Below, one piece after another: positions 36,322-45,141 of a DNA stretch of 64,000 bases. The DNA comes from Clostridia bacterium. Its GTDB lineage: Bacteria; Bacillota; Clostridia; Oscillospirales; CAG-272. A model generated the notes under the pieces. That model saw only the letters and a program-made list of their open reading frames with translations, did no database searches and was not told where the DNA came from. Where the stretch lies: assembly GCA_017508425.1 (NCBI GenBank), contig JAFVYZ010000060.1, positions 13,252 through 77,251 on the forward strand. Reading direction: 5' to 3'. The position numbers and the translations under genes are program-made. Positions within the stretch are counted from its first letter, which is position 1, and every line of letters starts with the position of its first letter.

Positions 36322-36833
36322 TACGGGAACATCCCTTCTATCGGTGTTAAAATAATGCCCCTTTCCATCGTCACCTCGTCCACAAAGGCAGGAACCACGG
36401 GCACCATGGCTTCGCCACGCTCGGTGGCAATGACGTAAATGTCGGTCGCACCGGGGTGGATCACGTCAGTCAATGTTCCAAGACGCTTGCCGCTTTCCTT
36501 ATCAAACACAGGCAAGCCGATCATCTCGGCGATCAAAAGCGTCCCATCAGGAATGCCGAGATCGGCGCGCTTGGCGTAAAGCACCGTTCCACGGAGTGCA
36601 TCGGCCGCCTCCATCGTTGTGACCCCGTCCAGCTCAGCACTGACAAAGCGATTGCCCAGCACCGCCGTACGGCCAAGGCGCACCGGCATCATCACGCTCC
36701 CTTTCTTGAAATACACCGTTTTCAGGGATGCAAAAACATGAGGGCTGTCGCACCACGGCTCGATCTTAACACCGCCGCGGCATCCGTGTGTATTGATAAT
36801 GCGTCCGCATTCGGGATATTCAATGTATGCCAT
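36321..36833 (-). CDS. rimM: 16S rRNA processing protein RimM
   Basis: 170 aa, GRIINTHGCRGGVKIEP with a PRC barrel. 1-nt overlap with trmD. Confidence 0.9.
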   Translation of the reverse strand: MAYIEYPECGRIINTHGCRGGVKIEPWCDSPHVFASLKTVYFKKGSVMMPVRLGRTAVLGNRFVSAELDGVTTMEAADALRGTVLYAKRADLGIPDGTLLIAEMIGLPVFDKESGKRLGTLTDVIHPGATDIYVIATERGEAMVPVVPAFVDEVTMERGIILTPIEGMFP

Positions 36834-36960
36834 AACGAGTCACCTCAACGAAGATACTTATAATTATTTTTATTATAACATAGTTTAGCTCACATTTCAA
36901 CACCGAACGCACCATTTTATGTTAGCATTGGCATTTTTTTGAAAAAAATTGCAAAAAGGG

Positions 36961-36989
36961 TTGTAATGGTGTGGCAAAAGTGTTATAAT
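36961..36989 (+). promoter_or_regulatory. Sigma-A type promoter for yajC
   Basis: TTGTAA, 17 nt, TGT-TATAAT, 30 nt upstream of ATG 37019. Confidence 0.5.
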
Positions 36990-37018
36990 ACTTAAAAATA
37001 TGATATGGAGGAATCAAA

Positions 37019-37306
37019 ATGGGTGATATTTGGGTTACCATAGGTATGATCGGTGTGGTCCTTGTGGTATTTTACTTCTTCGGCGTACGCCCGCAAAAAA
37101 AGCAAGAGCAAGCCGTAGCACAAATGCGTGACAGCTTGCAGGTAGGTGATGAGATCACCACGATCGGTGGCATCATCGGCAAGATCGTGAGCATCAAAGA
37201 GGAAACGATGATCATCGAAACCGGCCGTGATCACACGCGCATCCGCTTGCTGAAGAGCGCAGTGCGCACCGTTGACGTTCGCGTAGAAGACACCAAGCAG
37301 GACTAA
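37019..37306 (+). CDS. yajC: Preprotein translocase subunit YajC
   Basis: 95 aa with one TM, then RPQKKQ...LQVGDEITTIGGIIGKIVSI. Confidence 0.85.
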   Translation: MGDIWVTIGMIGVVLVVFYFFGVRPQKKQEQAVAQMRDSLQVGDEITTIGGIIGKIVSIKEETMIIETGRDHTRIRLLKSAVRTVDVRVEDTKQD

Positions 37307-37362
37307 AATCTTCCCCTCCCACATAAGATGAACTACAACGTCTTTCGGGAGGGGATATTTTT

Positions 37363-37818
37363 ATGAAAAGCAAAAAAAAGCCGTCAAAAACACGAAAAAG
37401 CATCGGCGAAGAGCCCTCTTTGCAATCGCTCGGCAAAAGCGTGTTATTGGCATTGCCCATCACAGTCGCATTCGCGCTCCTGTTGATGCTGCCCGTTACA
37501 GCCCTATTGCTCAAAACCGGGAATCCCAACGCCTATCATACCGGAGCGGGTCTGGCGATCCTTTACCTTGCCACACTTTTGGGCGGCACCATTACCACAC
37601 GCCTACATCACCGCCGCACACCGCTTTTATGCGGACTGGCCATGGGAGGAGCCCTGCTCTTACTCCTTTTGGTGATTTCTTTGATCTTGCCGGGCAACGC
37701 GCACACATACAGCACCGCGTTGCAGGTCGGGCTACACGCCTTGCTCCTGCCAACGGCACTCCTCGGTTCGTATCTCGGTGCAAAAGAAAGATCCGTGCCG
37801 CGTCGGCACCGAAAATAA
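37363..37818 (+). CDS. Small membrane protein (TIGR04086-like, often found after yajC in Clostridia)
   Basis: 151 aa with 4 TM segments and a basic N-terminus. The family assignment is from memory of typical gene context. Confidence 0.5.
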   Translation: MKSKKKPSKTRKSIGEEPSLQSLGKSVLLALPITVAFALLLMLPVTALLLKTGNPNAYHTGAGLAILYLATLLGGTITTRLHHRRTPLLCGLAMGGALLLLLLVISLILPGNAHTYSTALQVGLHALLLPTALLGSYLGAKERSVPRRHRK

Positions 37819-37860
37819 AAAAGATCCGCAAATGCAAAACGCATTTGCGGATCTTTTTTG
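37817..37860. terminator. Bidirectional terminator between the membrane-protein gene and EEP copy 1
   Basis: AAGATCCGCAAATGC-AAAAC-GCATTTGCGGATCTT (15-bp stem) with A and T runs. Confidence 0.8.
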
Positions 37861-37861
37861 A

Positions 37862-38719
37862 TTACAGCTCAACGTCAATATAGACGGGGGCGTGATCGGA
37901 TAAGTAAAGATAATAGTCGGGCATATAACGGTCAAAGCGCTTAATTGCCCCTTCAGGAAAATCCTTTACGATAATATGATCAAAGGTATGCAGGTAATCA
38001 AGCCCCTCGTGCCACTTACCGGGACCGCGCGTAGTGAGTGAATTAAAGCCGCCGTCCTCAATCGCGTAGTCAGTAGCAAGATCATGAGCGTGAAGATAGC
38101 CGCCCTCCCACAATACGGGGATCAACGCCTCGGAATCCGACCCGCCGTTGAGATCACCGACGAGAACCGCCGGAATATCCCCGTAGGCCTTGCGATACTT
38201 CTCGATCAGCTCCTTCGCCATACGAAGCTGGTAAGCGCGCGCTTCGTTCGAGCCGGGATAATACTTCGGGTGCTCGGGGTTGCCGCGCTTGAACCAAAGA
38301 TGCGTGGTAAGAAAAATGAACATTTTCCCGCTTTCCTTAGAGCGAAACACCGCAAGCGTTGCAGCATAGCCCTTGGTAGGGTTGTATTTCCTGGGCAGTC
38401 CCTCGATCTCGTTGGGGTAGCAAAAATACTCGCTGTCCACAAGATCCAGCTTTTCAGGCCGGTATATAATCGGAGTAGCATTCCCCCAGATCATCACGTA
38501 GCCGGGGAGCCCCTCTTCGGCGGCATACCAGTTAAAATACTGTTGCATTTCGGGTGTGACCTCCTGCCCGCCCACCACGTCGGGCATAAGATCCTTGAAG
38601 ACCTGAATATGTCCGTGCATACGGGTAGCGGCCGAGGAATCAAGACCTAATTCCTGCCATTCGGGGCGGTTGTCACTCCAGTACCACTGATTTTGGCTCA
38701 TCAAACGAAGCTTGCTCAT
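37862..38719 (-). CDS. Endonuclease/exonuclease/phosphatase (EEP) family protein, tandem copy 1 of 3
   Basis: 285 aa. EEP catalytic motifs are present: LMSQN, GGQE, TTHL, VGDLN, SDHAPV. No signal peptide. Confidence 0.8.
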   Translation of the reverse strand: MSKLRLMSQNQWYWSDNRPEWQELGLDSSAATRMHGHIQVFKDLMPDVVGGQEVTPEMQQYFNWYAAEEGLPGYVMIWGNATPIIYRPEKLDLVDSEYFCYPNEIEGLPRKYNPTKGYAATLAVFRSKESGKMFIFLTTHLWFKRGNPEHPKYYPGSNEARAYQLRMAKELIEKYRKAYGDIPAVLVGDLNGGSDSEALIPVLWEGGYLHAHDLATDYAIEDGGFNSLTTRGPGKWHEGLDYLHTFDHIIVKDFPEGAIKRFDRYMPDYYLYLSDHAPVYIDVEL

Positions 38720-38734
38720 GATAACTTCCTGAAA

Positions 38735-39592
38735 TTACAGCTCAACGTCAATATAGACGGGGGCGTGATCGGATAAGTAAAGATAATAGTCGGGCATATA
38801 GCGGTCAAAGCGCTTGATCGAGCCCTCGGGGAAATCCTTAACGACGATGTGGTCGTAGGCGTTGCACAAATAATGCAGGTGGCGCCATTGGCCCGGGCCA
38901 CCGACGCCCATGGTATTGTATCCGTCGTCCTCGGTGGCAAAGTCGGTAGCAAGGTCGTGCGCGTGGGTATAGCCGTCCTCGTACATCACGGGAAGAAGAT
39001 CCTCGTAATCCGACCCGGCGTTGAGGTCACCCACGTAAACCGAGGGGATATTTCCGTACGTGCGGCGGTACTTCTCGATCAGCTCCTTGGCCATACGAAG
39101 CTGGTAAGCACGGGCCTCGTTGGAGCCGGGATAATAATTCGGGTGCGCAGGGTTGCCGCGCTTGAACCACAGGTGCGTGGTGAGGAAGATAAACATCTTA
39201 CCATCCTCCTTGGTGCGGAACACGCCCACAGTAGCACCCTTACTGCTGATATCGTTGTAGGTTTTCGGCAACCCCTCGATCTCCTTGGGGTAACGGACGT
39301 ATTCCGCCGCCACGAGGTCAAGCCGGTCGGTGCGGTAGAAAATGGGCGTGTAGTTGCCCCAGATCATCGCGTAGCCGTCAAGGCCATCCTCAGCCGCGTA
39401 CCAATGAAAGTACTGCTGCATTTCGGGCGTGATCTCCTGCCCGCCCACAACGTCGGGCATCAGGTCCTTAAACACCTGAATGTGACCGTGCATACGGTGG
39501 GCGGCCGAGGAATCAAGGCCCAGCGCCTGCCACTCGGGGCGGTTGTCGCTCCAGTACCACTGGTTTTGGCTCATTAAGCGAAGCTTACTCAT
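38735..39592 (-). CDS. EEP family protein, tandem copy 2 of 3 (the most divergent)
   Basis: 285 aa with the same motif set. By eye about 70-75% identical to copies 1 and 3. Confidence 0.8.
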   Translation of the reverse strand: MSKLRLMSQNQWYWSDNRPEWQALGLDSSAAHRMHGHIQVFKDLMPDVVGGQEITPEMQQYFHWYAAEDGLDGYAMIWGNYTPIFYRTDRLDLVAAEYVRYPKEIEGLPKTYNDISSKGATVGVFRTKEDGKMFIFLTTHLWFKRGNPAHPNYYPGSNEARAYQLRMAKELIEKYRRTYGNIPSVYVGDLNAGSDYEDLLPVMYEDGYTHAHDLATDFATEDDGYNTMGVGGPGQWRHLHYLCNAYDHIVVKDFPEGSIKRFDRYMPDYYLYLSDHAPVYIDVEL

Positions 39593-39610
39593 GCGATACT
39601 CCTGCTAAAA

Positions 39611-40468
39611 TCAAAGCTCTACGTCAATATAGACGGGGGCGTGATCGGAAAGCTTCAGATAATAATCGGGCATATAACGGTCAAAGCGCTTAATAGAGTC
39701 CTTGGGAAAATCCTTGACAATAATGTGGTCAAAGGTGTGCAAATAATCAAGACCCGTATACCACTTGCCGGGGCCGCGCGTAGTGAGCGTATTAAAGCCG
39801 CCATCCTCGATCGCGTAGTCGGTGGCAAGATCGTGCGCGTGCTCGTAGCCCCCCTCCCACATCACGGGGATCAAGGCCTCAGAATCCGATCCGCCGTTAA
39901 GATCACCGACGAGAACCACGGGAATATCGCCGTGCTTACGGCGGTATTTTTCAATGAGCTCCTTATCCATGCGAAGCTGGAAGGCGCGCGCCTCATTCGA
40001 GCCCGGGCAATACTTCGGGTGCTCGGGGTTGCCGCGCTTAAACCACAGGTGTGTGGTGAGGAAAATGAACAGCTTGCCCGTTTCCTTCACACGGAACACC
40101 GCCAAATTTGCGCCCTTGCTGCCTGAATCATTATATCTTTTAGGCAATCCCTCAATTTCCGTGGGGAAGCGCAGATACTCGGTATCGACCACCTCAAGCT
40201 TTTCGGTGCGGTAAATAATGGGGGTATAGTTGCCCCAGATCATCGCGTAGCCGGGAAGGCCCTCCTCGGCGGCGTACCAGTTGAAATACTGTTGCATTTC
40301 GGGCGTGATCTCCTGGCCGCCCACGACGTCGGGCATCAGGTCCTTAAAGACCTGAATATGACCGTGCATACGGGTGGCGGCAGAGGAATCAAGCCCCAGC
40401 TCCTGCCATTCGGGGCGATTGTCGCTCCAATACCATTGATTTTGGCTCATCAAACGAAGCTTACTCAT
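39611..40468 (-). CDS. EEP family protein, tandem copy 3 of 3
   Basis: 285 aa from ATG 40468 (RBS AAGGAGA). The track's 33-aa N-terminal extension is not supported. By eye about 85% identical to copy 1. Confidence 0.8.
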   Translation of the reverse strand: MSKLRLMSQNQWYWSDNRPEWQELGLDSSAATRMHGHIQVFKDLMPDVVGGQEITPEMQQYFNWYAAEEGLPGYAMIWGNYTPIIYRTEKLEVVDTEYLRFPTEIEGLPKRYNDSGSKGANLAVFRVKETGKLFIFLTTHLWFKRGNPEHPKYCPGSNEARAFQLRMDKELIEKYRRKHGDIPVVLVGDLNGGSDSEALIPVMWEGGYEHAHDLATDYAIEDGGFNTLTTRGPGKWYTGLDYLHTFDHIIVKDFPKDSIKRFDRYMPDYYLKLSDHAPVYIDVEL

Positions 40469-40487
40469 TGTGCATCTCCTTATAAAT

Positions 40488-41306
40488 TTAGTATTTTTGA
40501 TAAATAAAAATATCCATTTGTGCCTCGCAGGAAAGCGCGTGGCAGGCGGCAAGGCGCTCATGTCCATCTTTTGAGGTACGATAGTAGTAGGGGGTCATGG
40601 CGAACAAGTTTTTTACCGCATCGCCCTCAAGCGCCATTTGAAAGGAAAGCGTTTCGCCGGAAAGCTCGCACATCGCGCGCGGCAGATCGGCACGCGGCTC
40701 GTTTTCCTTTGCCACATCGTAAAGCACGCGCTTGAGTGCCCCAAGGTGCTCTCGCCCCGCGCCCGCGGCGATCAAAATGCCACCGGGCTTCAGCACGCGC
40801 AAGAATTCCTCCTCGCAAATAGGGGCAAACAGGCTTACCACCGCGTCAACAGAGGCATCCTGCAGGGGCAACGTATAAATACCCGCTACTCCGAAAAAGG
40901 CATCAAGCCCCTCCCTTTTCGCGCGCTTTGCAGCGGTGCGCACACCGCGCTTGGAAAGATCAAAGCCAAGTGTGGAAAAGCCGGCGCTTGCCAGTTTGCA
41001 GGTATAATAGCCCTCGCCGCAGCCCGCATCGACCACGGTGCCGCCTTGCGGCACCAGCTCCGCCAAAAGCTCGGTTACACGCGCGGCAAACGGCGTATAA
41101 TGGCCGCCGTCAAGAAAGCTTGTGCGCGCGGCGATCAGCGCCGCGTCGTCGCCCCCGCCCGACGCCCTTGCCGTAGCAAGATTGACGTAGCCATCAGCGG
41201 CAAAATCAAAGCAGTGTCGCTTTTCGCCAAGGCAAAAAAGGCTATTTCCCTCTTTGGTTGTTTTCGCACCGCAAACAGGGCACCGTACGTGTTCACTCCA
41301 CCACAT
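40488..41306 (-). CDS. 23S rRNA (guanine-N1)-methyltransferase, RlmA family
   Basis: 272 aa from ATG 41306. An N-terminal Zn-finger (CPVCG...C...HC), then GYVNL and the SAM motif VVDAGCGEGYY. Collinear with E. coli RlmA. Confidence 0.8.
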   Translation of the reverse strand: MWWSEHVRCPVCGAKTTKEGNSLFCLGEKRHCFDFAADGYVNLATARASGGGDDAALIAARTSFLDGGHYTPFAARVTELLAELVPQGGTVVDAGCGEGYYTCKLASAGFSTLGFDLSKRGVRTAAKRAKREGLDAFFGVAGIYTLPLQDASVDAVVSLFAPICEEEFLRVLKPGGILIAAGAGREHLGALKRVLYDVAKENEPRADLPRAMCELSGETLSFQMALEGDAVKNLFAMTPYYYRTSKDGHERLAACHALSCEAQMDIFIYQKY

Positions 41307-41315
41307 AACATCCTC

Positions 41316-41344
41316 AAAAAAGCCCCTCGCTTTGCGCGAGGGGC
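41316..41344 (-). terminator. Intrinsic terminator hairpin downstream of the histidine kinase and immediately upstream of the RlmA-like RBS
   Basis: Minus strand reads GCCCCTCGC-GCAAA-GCGAGGGGC followed by TTTTTT, then GAGGATGTT-ATG. Confidence 0.75.
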
Positions 41345-41357
41345 AAAACTTTATTTC

Positions 41358-41386
41358 ATTGTAACACAATGAATTCCAAAAAGCAA
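41358..41386 (-). promoter_or_regulatory. Candidate sigma-A promoter located upstream of the 41316-41344 hairpin
   Basis: Minus strand reads TTGCTT, 17 nt, TGT-TACAAT. This would place the terminator hairpin inside a roughly 50-nt leader. Confidence 0.35.
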
Positions 41387-41406
41387 TAAACTTCCGCTTT
41401 TTTATT

Positions 41407-42891
41407 TTAAGATTTTGCAAGAGGCAGTTCAAACCAAAACTTACTTCCCACGCCCTCCTTGCTTTCAACGCCGTACTGCGCTCCGTGAGATTCAAGAATC
41501 CCCTTTACGATCGAAAGACCCAGGCCCGAACCGATCACGGCACGGTTGTGGACCTTATCCACACGGTAATACCGATCCCAAATTTGCTCAAGCTTATCGG
41601 CAGGGATCCCCTCTCCGTCATCATCGACCGACAGGCGCACCTTATCCTTAAAAAGCTTGATATACACGCGCACACGCAGGCTCTCACCCGTATAATTCAC
41701 GGCATTGTTGATGAGATTATAGATGACCTGCAAAATCATGCTTCGGTCCGCGCACACGTTCGCCTCGCCATCCGATTCAAACAAGATACGATATCCGTTA
41801 TGGCGAATCAGCGCATCGTAACGAAGCATGGTCTCACGGGTAAGCTCGGTAAGGTCAAAAAGCTCCTTCTCTATCTTTTTGGTGCCCGCCTGAAGCTTTG
41901 AAAGATCGAGCAGGTCATGGACCAGCTCCGACAAACGTGTCGTCTCATCAATGATGACCTGCACGTTTTCGGCATTGTTCTCTCCGGGAATATCACGCAT
42001 AATTTCGCCATATCCCTTGATCATCGTTAAGGGTGTACGAAGATCGTGCGAAATATTGGCGATCAATTCCTTTTGCAAATGATCGGTGGCGGCAATCTCA
42101 CGCGCGGCAAAATTCAACGTATCCGCCAGCTCCCTGATCTCACGGTAGCCGTTCCCTTCAAAATCCGCCGTATAATTGCCAACTGCAAGCCTTCTCGCCT
42201 TCCCTGTAATAGCGGTAAGCGGCTCGGCAATAATTTTGGATAAGAGCACCGCAAACAGTATCGCACCGCAAAGCAGTAATACTGCCGTCCAAATAAACTG
42301 CACCTGCAGGGTCCTTATCGTAGCACTCACGGGAGAAAGCTCGCTGTCAAGCAGGATAAAATATTCTTGGCCCTCATACTGAAAGATCCGCACGCAAATG
42401 GCATTTACCGTATCGGCAGGGCGATGAAGACCCGGCAAATAAACGCCTTCCTCGTCCGGCTCACTTGAAGCACTGTTGATCTCCATGCGTTTGTCGTAGG
42501 AGCCCTCGTTGAGCGCCGCGTTTCGGTGCAGGCTCCAAAGCAAGCTCATCGACAAATGGTGGATCATACATTCCACGCCGACATCGGCATCCGCCACCTC
42601 TTTGGCTTGCTTATTTACGATCGTAAAAACACGAACGCAAATAGAATGCTTCTCGGCGACCTCTACGAGCTGCTTTTCAAAATCCGCATCGCCCATATGC
42701 GTGCGAATTTCAAGGTAAGCCTCTTCCAGCTCGGCAAATTTTTCGCGCTCGTAAAAGTAAGCAAGCAGCTTGATTTGCAAAAGCCATATCACAAAAAGCA
42801 CCAAAACGGTAAAGGCCAACAGCGCGGCGATCAATTTCACGCGAATGCCCACCGTTCTTTTTTTTGCGCTCCCCTTGCGCGTTACGTTCAT
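41407..42891 (-). CDS. Sensor histidine kinase (TM-HAMP-HisKA-HATPase)
   Basis: H-box SHDLRTPLT plus N and G boxes (NLINNAVNYT, GSGLGLSIV). Confidence 0.9.
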   Translation of the reverse strand: MNVTRKGSAKKRTVGIRVKLIAALLAFTVLVLFVIWLLQIKLLAYFYEREKFAELEEAYLEIRTHMGDADFEKQLVEVAEKHSICVRVFTIVNKQAKEVADADVGVECMIHHLSMSLLWSLHRNAALNEGSYDKRMEINSASSEPDEEGVYLPGLHRPADTVNAICVRIFQYEGQEYFILLDSELSPVSATIRTLQVQFIWTAVLLLCGAILFAVLLSKIIAEPLTAITGKARRLAVGNYTADFEGNGYREIRELADTLNFAAREIAATDHLQKELIANISHDLRTPLTMIKGYGEIMRDIPGENNAENVQVIIDETTRLSELVHDLLDLSKLQAGTKKIEKELFDLTELTRETMLRYDALIRHNGYRILFESDGEANVCADRSMILQVIYNLINNAVNYTGESLRVRVYIKLFKDKVRLSVDDDGEGIPADKLEQIWDRYYRVDKVHNRAVIGSGLGLSIVKGILESHGAQYGVESKEGVGSKFWFELPLAKS

Positions 42892-43580
42892 TTTTGCTCC
42901 TCAAAGCGGTAGCCGACGCCGCGTAACGTCACGATATAGGTCGCATAGCGTCCAAGGCTCTTACGAAGTAGCTTGATATGTGTATCCAACGTGCGCGCGT
43001 CACCGAAGAAATCGTATCCCCACACCTCACTGATCAGGCGCTCTCTTGTGAGCGCAACATTTCGATTGCGCAAAAGATAGAAGAACAGATCATACTCCTT
43101 CGGCGACATCTCAATGCGTTTGCCGTCCAGGAAAACGATGCGTGCGGTCAGGTCCACGCGAAGACCGCCGTTATCAAATTCAATGATTTGATTTTCGTTA
43201 CGGACCTCCTCGTCCTTCCCCTTCACACGCTTCATTACCGCCTCAACGCGCAGCATCAGCTCACGGGGTGAAAACGGCTTTACTACGTAATCATCGATGC
43301 CCAGCTCAAAGCCGTTGATCTTATCATACTCCTCACCGCGTGCGGAAAGCATAATAATGGGCGTTTTCTTGGATTTGCGGATCTCGCGGCAAGCCGAAAA
43401 CCCGTCAAGCTCAGGCATCATAATGTCAAGAATGATAATGTCGAATTGTTCGGTGCGTGCAATGCGGACAGCCTCCATACCGTCGCCTGCCTCCGTCACT
43501 TTATGCCCCTCAAATTCGGCATATTTGCGAATAATGGAGCGAATGCGGACTTCGTCATCAACAACCAAAATCTTATACAT
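42888..43580 (-). CDS. OmpR-family response regulator
   Basis: 230 aa from ATG 43580: MYKILVVDDE...DIIILDIMMPELDG, with a winged-helix C-terminus. ATGA overlap with the kinase gene. Confidence 0.9.
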   Translation of the reverse strand: MYKILVVDDEVRIRSIIRKYAEFEGHKVTEAGDGMEAVRIARTEQFDIIILDIMMPELDGFSACREIRKSKKTPIIMLSARGEEYDKINGFELGIDDYVVKPFSPRELMLRVEAVMKRVKGKDEEVRNENQIIEFDNGGLRVDLTARIVFLDGKRIEMSPKEYDLFFYLLRNRNVALTRERLISEVWGYDFFGDARTLDTHIKLLRKSLGRYATYIVTLRGVGYRFEEQK

Positions 43581-43614
43581 CTTGTGTTTCCTTTCAAAGG
43601 GTCGTTTGTGGGAA

Positions 43615-44964
43615 TTACTGAGGGATATATTCAACCAGCGTGACCGTAACGGTCTGCTGCTGATTGCTGCGGTAGATCGTAAGTGTGACGGTATCACCCA
43701 CCTTTTTAGAGCGCACGAATCGCTTAAGAACGCTGGTAGAGGATACCTCGTTACCATCCACCTTCAAAATAATATCGTTCACCTGCAACGGTGAGCCGTT
43801 TTGCACGGCATAAACGTAAGGCATTGTTTTATAGCTGCCAAAAAATCCGCCGCCCACTTGGAAGGTTCCATCTACGACGGTCGCGCCAAGCGAGGGCACG
43901 CCGGGAATATAGCCGTAATCCAAAAGATGATTCATCGAAATCACCGCACTGTCAACGGGAATGGCAAAGCCAAGCCCCTCCACACCCGCAGCGGAATACT
44001 TGGCATTGACGACGCCGATCAGCTCGCCCGCCATATTGAAAAGGCCGCCGCCCGAGTTGCCGGAGTTGATCGCCGCACTGGTTTGAAGGAGCGTCATGAT
44101 CGTACCGTCCTCCATTTCAACCTCGCGCTCAAGGGCATTGATAATGCCCTCCGTTACAGTGCCACCAAGCTCACCCAAAGGATTACCGATCGCAAAAATG
44201 TCCTCGCCAAGGGCCAAGGCCGAGCTGCAACCGAGCTTGGCTACAGTGAGCGTTTCTTTCGGAGAGATCTTCAAGATCGCAATGTCATTTTCCTCATCGG
44301 TGCCGCGCAAGTACGCCTCGTAGGTATTGCCGTTTGTAAGGCGAACGTAAATGTTGCTGACCCCGGCGATCACGTGATTATTGGTCACTACGATTCCGTC
44401 CGCGTGAATGATTACGCCGCTGCCGGCCCCCGCCGTCAGCTGACCGCGGTTGGATACGGTCGTGGTCGAGATCTCAACCACCGAGTCCCGCACGGCAGCC
44501 ACGGCGGCAATGCGTGTCATAGCATTGCTCCCGGCCGAGCCGTTGCTCGACCCCACCAGCGTTGAACCGTCGTTTTTGGGAAGCGTCACTGCGGCATAAT
44601 TATACCCGGCCGCATCCCCGATTCCGTGGACCTGCCCGTTGCCAAGACCGCCCTCCGTCCCGTTGGGTATGACACCGTCGTCCCCCCCGAGATCAAGCTC
44701 GTAATGGTTTTTGATAAAATCCGCAATGCGATATATACCAAAGCCGACAACGGCACTGAAAATGACAGCTACCGTTACGATAAGCGCGATCAGCGTCAGC
44801 TTGGCCCGTTTGGTGATACCGCCCTTTTTAGGGGGCACGGCCGACGGCGCGGTGCCCATATACCATGCGGCACCCTGCGTACCGAGACGGGGATCTTGCG
44901 TTCTCGGTTGCTCCTCTTTTTTATTTTCGTTATTTTCAAAATCAAAGCGGTCGAATTCACTCAT
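43615..44964 (-). CDS. htrA: HtrA/DegP-family serine protease with PDZ domain, membrane anchored
   Basis: One TM, a trypsin-like domain with GNSGGGLF, and a C-terminal PDZ domain. Confidence 0.85.
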   Translation of the reverse strand: MSEFDRFDFENNENKKEEQPRTQDPRLGTQGAAWYMGTAPSAVPPKKGGITKRAKLTLIALIVTVAVIFSAVVGFGIYRIADFIKNHYELDLGGDDGVIPNGTEGGLGNGQVHGIGDAAGYNYAAVTLPKNDGSTLVGSSNGSAGSNAMTRIAAVAAVRDSVVEISTTTVSNRGQLTAGAGSGVIIHADGIVVTNNHVIAGVSNIYVRLTNGNTYEAYLRGTDEENDIAILKISPKETLTVAKLGCSSALALGEDIFAIGNPLGELGGTVTEGIINALEREVEMEDGTIMTLLQTSAAINSGNSGGGLFNMAGELIGVVNAKYSAAGVEGLGFAIPVDSAVISMNHLLDYGYIPGVPSLGATVVDGTFQVGGGFFGSYKTMPYVYAVQNGSPLQVNDIILKVDGNEVSSTSVLKRFVRSKKVGDTVTLTIYRSNQQQTVTVTLVEYIPQ

Positions 44965-45079
44965 ACGTGTTCCCCCCCTTTTGGTATGATTTGCACTCTA
45001 AGTATAGTGCTTCTTTGTGACGGATTGGTGATATTCCACAAAAAAGTCGAAAAACAATATTTTCGCTCGTTTTTTTGTA

Positions 45080-45108
45080 TTGCGCTCAAGTATATAATTT
45101 GCTATAAT
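45080..45108 (+). promoter_or_regulatory. Sigma-A type promoter for the queG-like-addBA unit
   Basis: TTGCGC, 17 nt, TATAAT, about 33 nt upstream of ATG 45142. Confidence 0.45.
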
Positions 45109-45141
45109 GATTATAACATAAAAAACGAAAGGCGGCAAGAT

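Noticed and set aside
44626-45141. N-terminal extensions of track ORFs. Examples: the queG-like ORF from 44626, valS from 60922, EEP copy 3 from 40567, the RlmA-like gene from 41495, the response regulator from 43757, pfp from 6375, and yqfD from 24594.
   Set aside because: The extensions overlap neighbouring genes or terminators and lack RBSs. Internal ATG codons with good Shine-Dalgarno sequences coincide with the conserved N-termini of the families.
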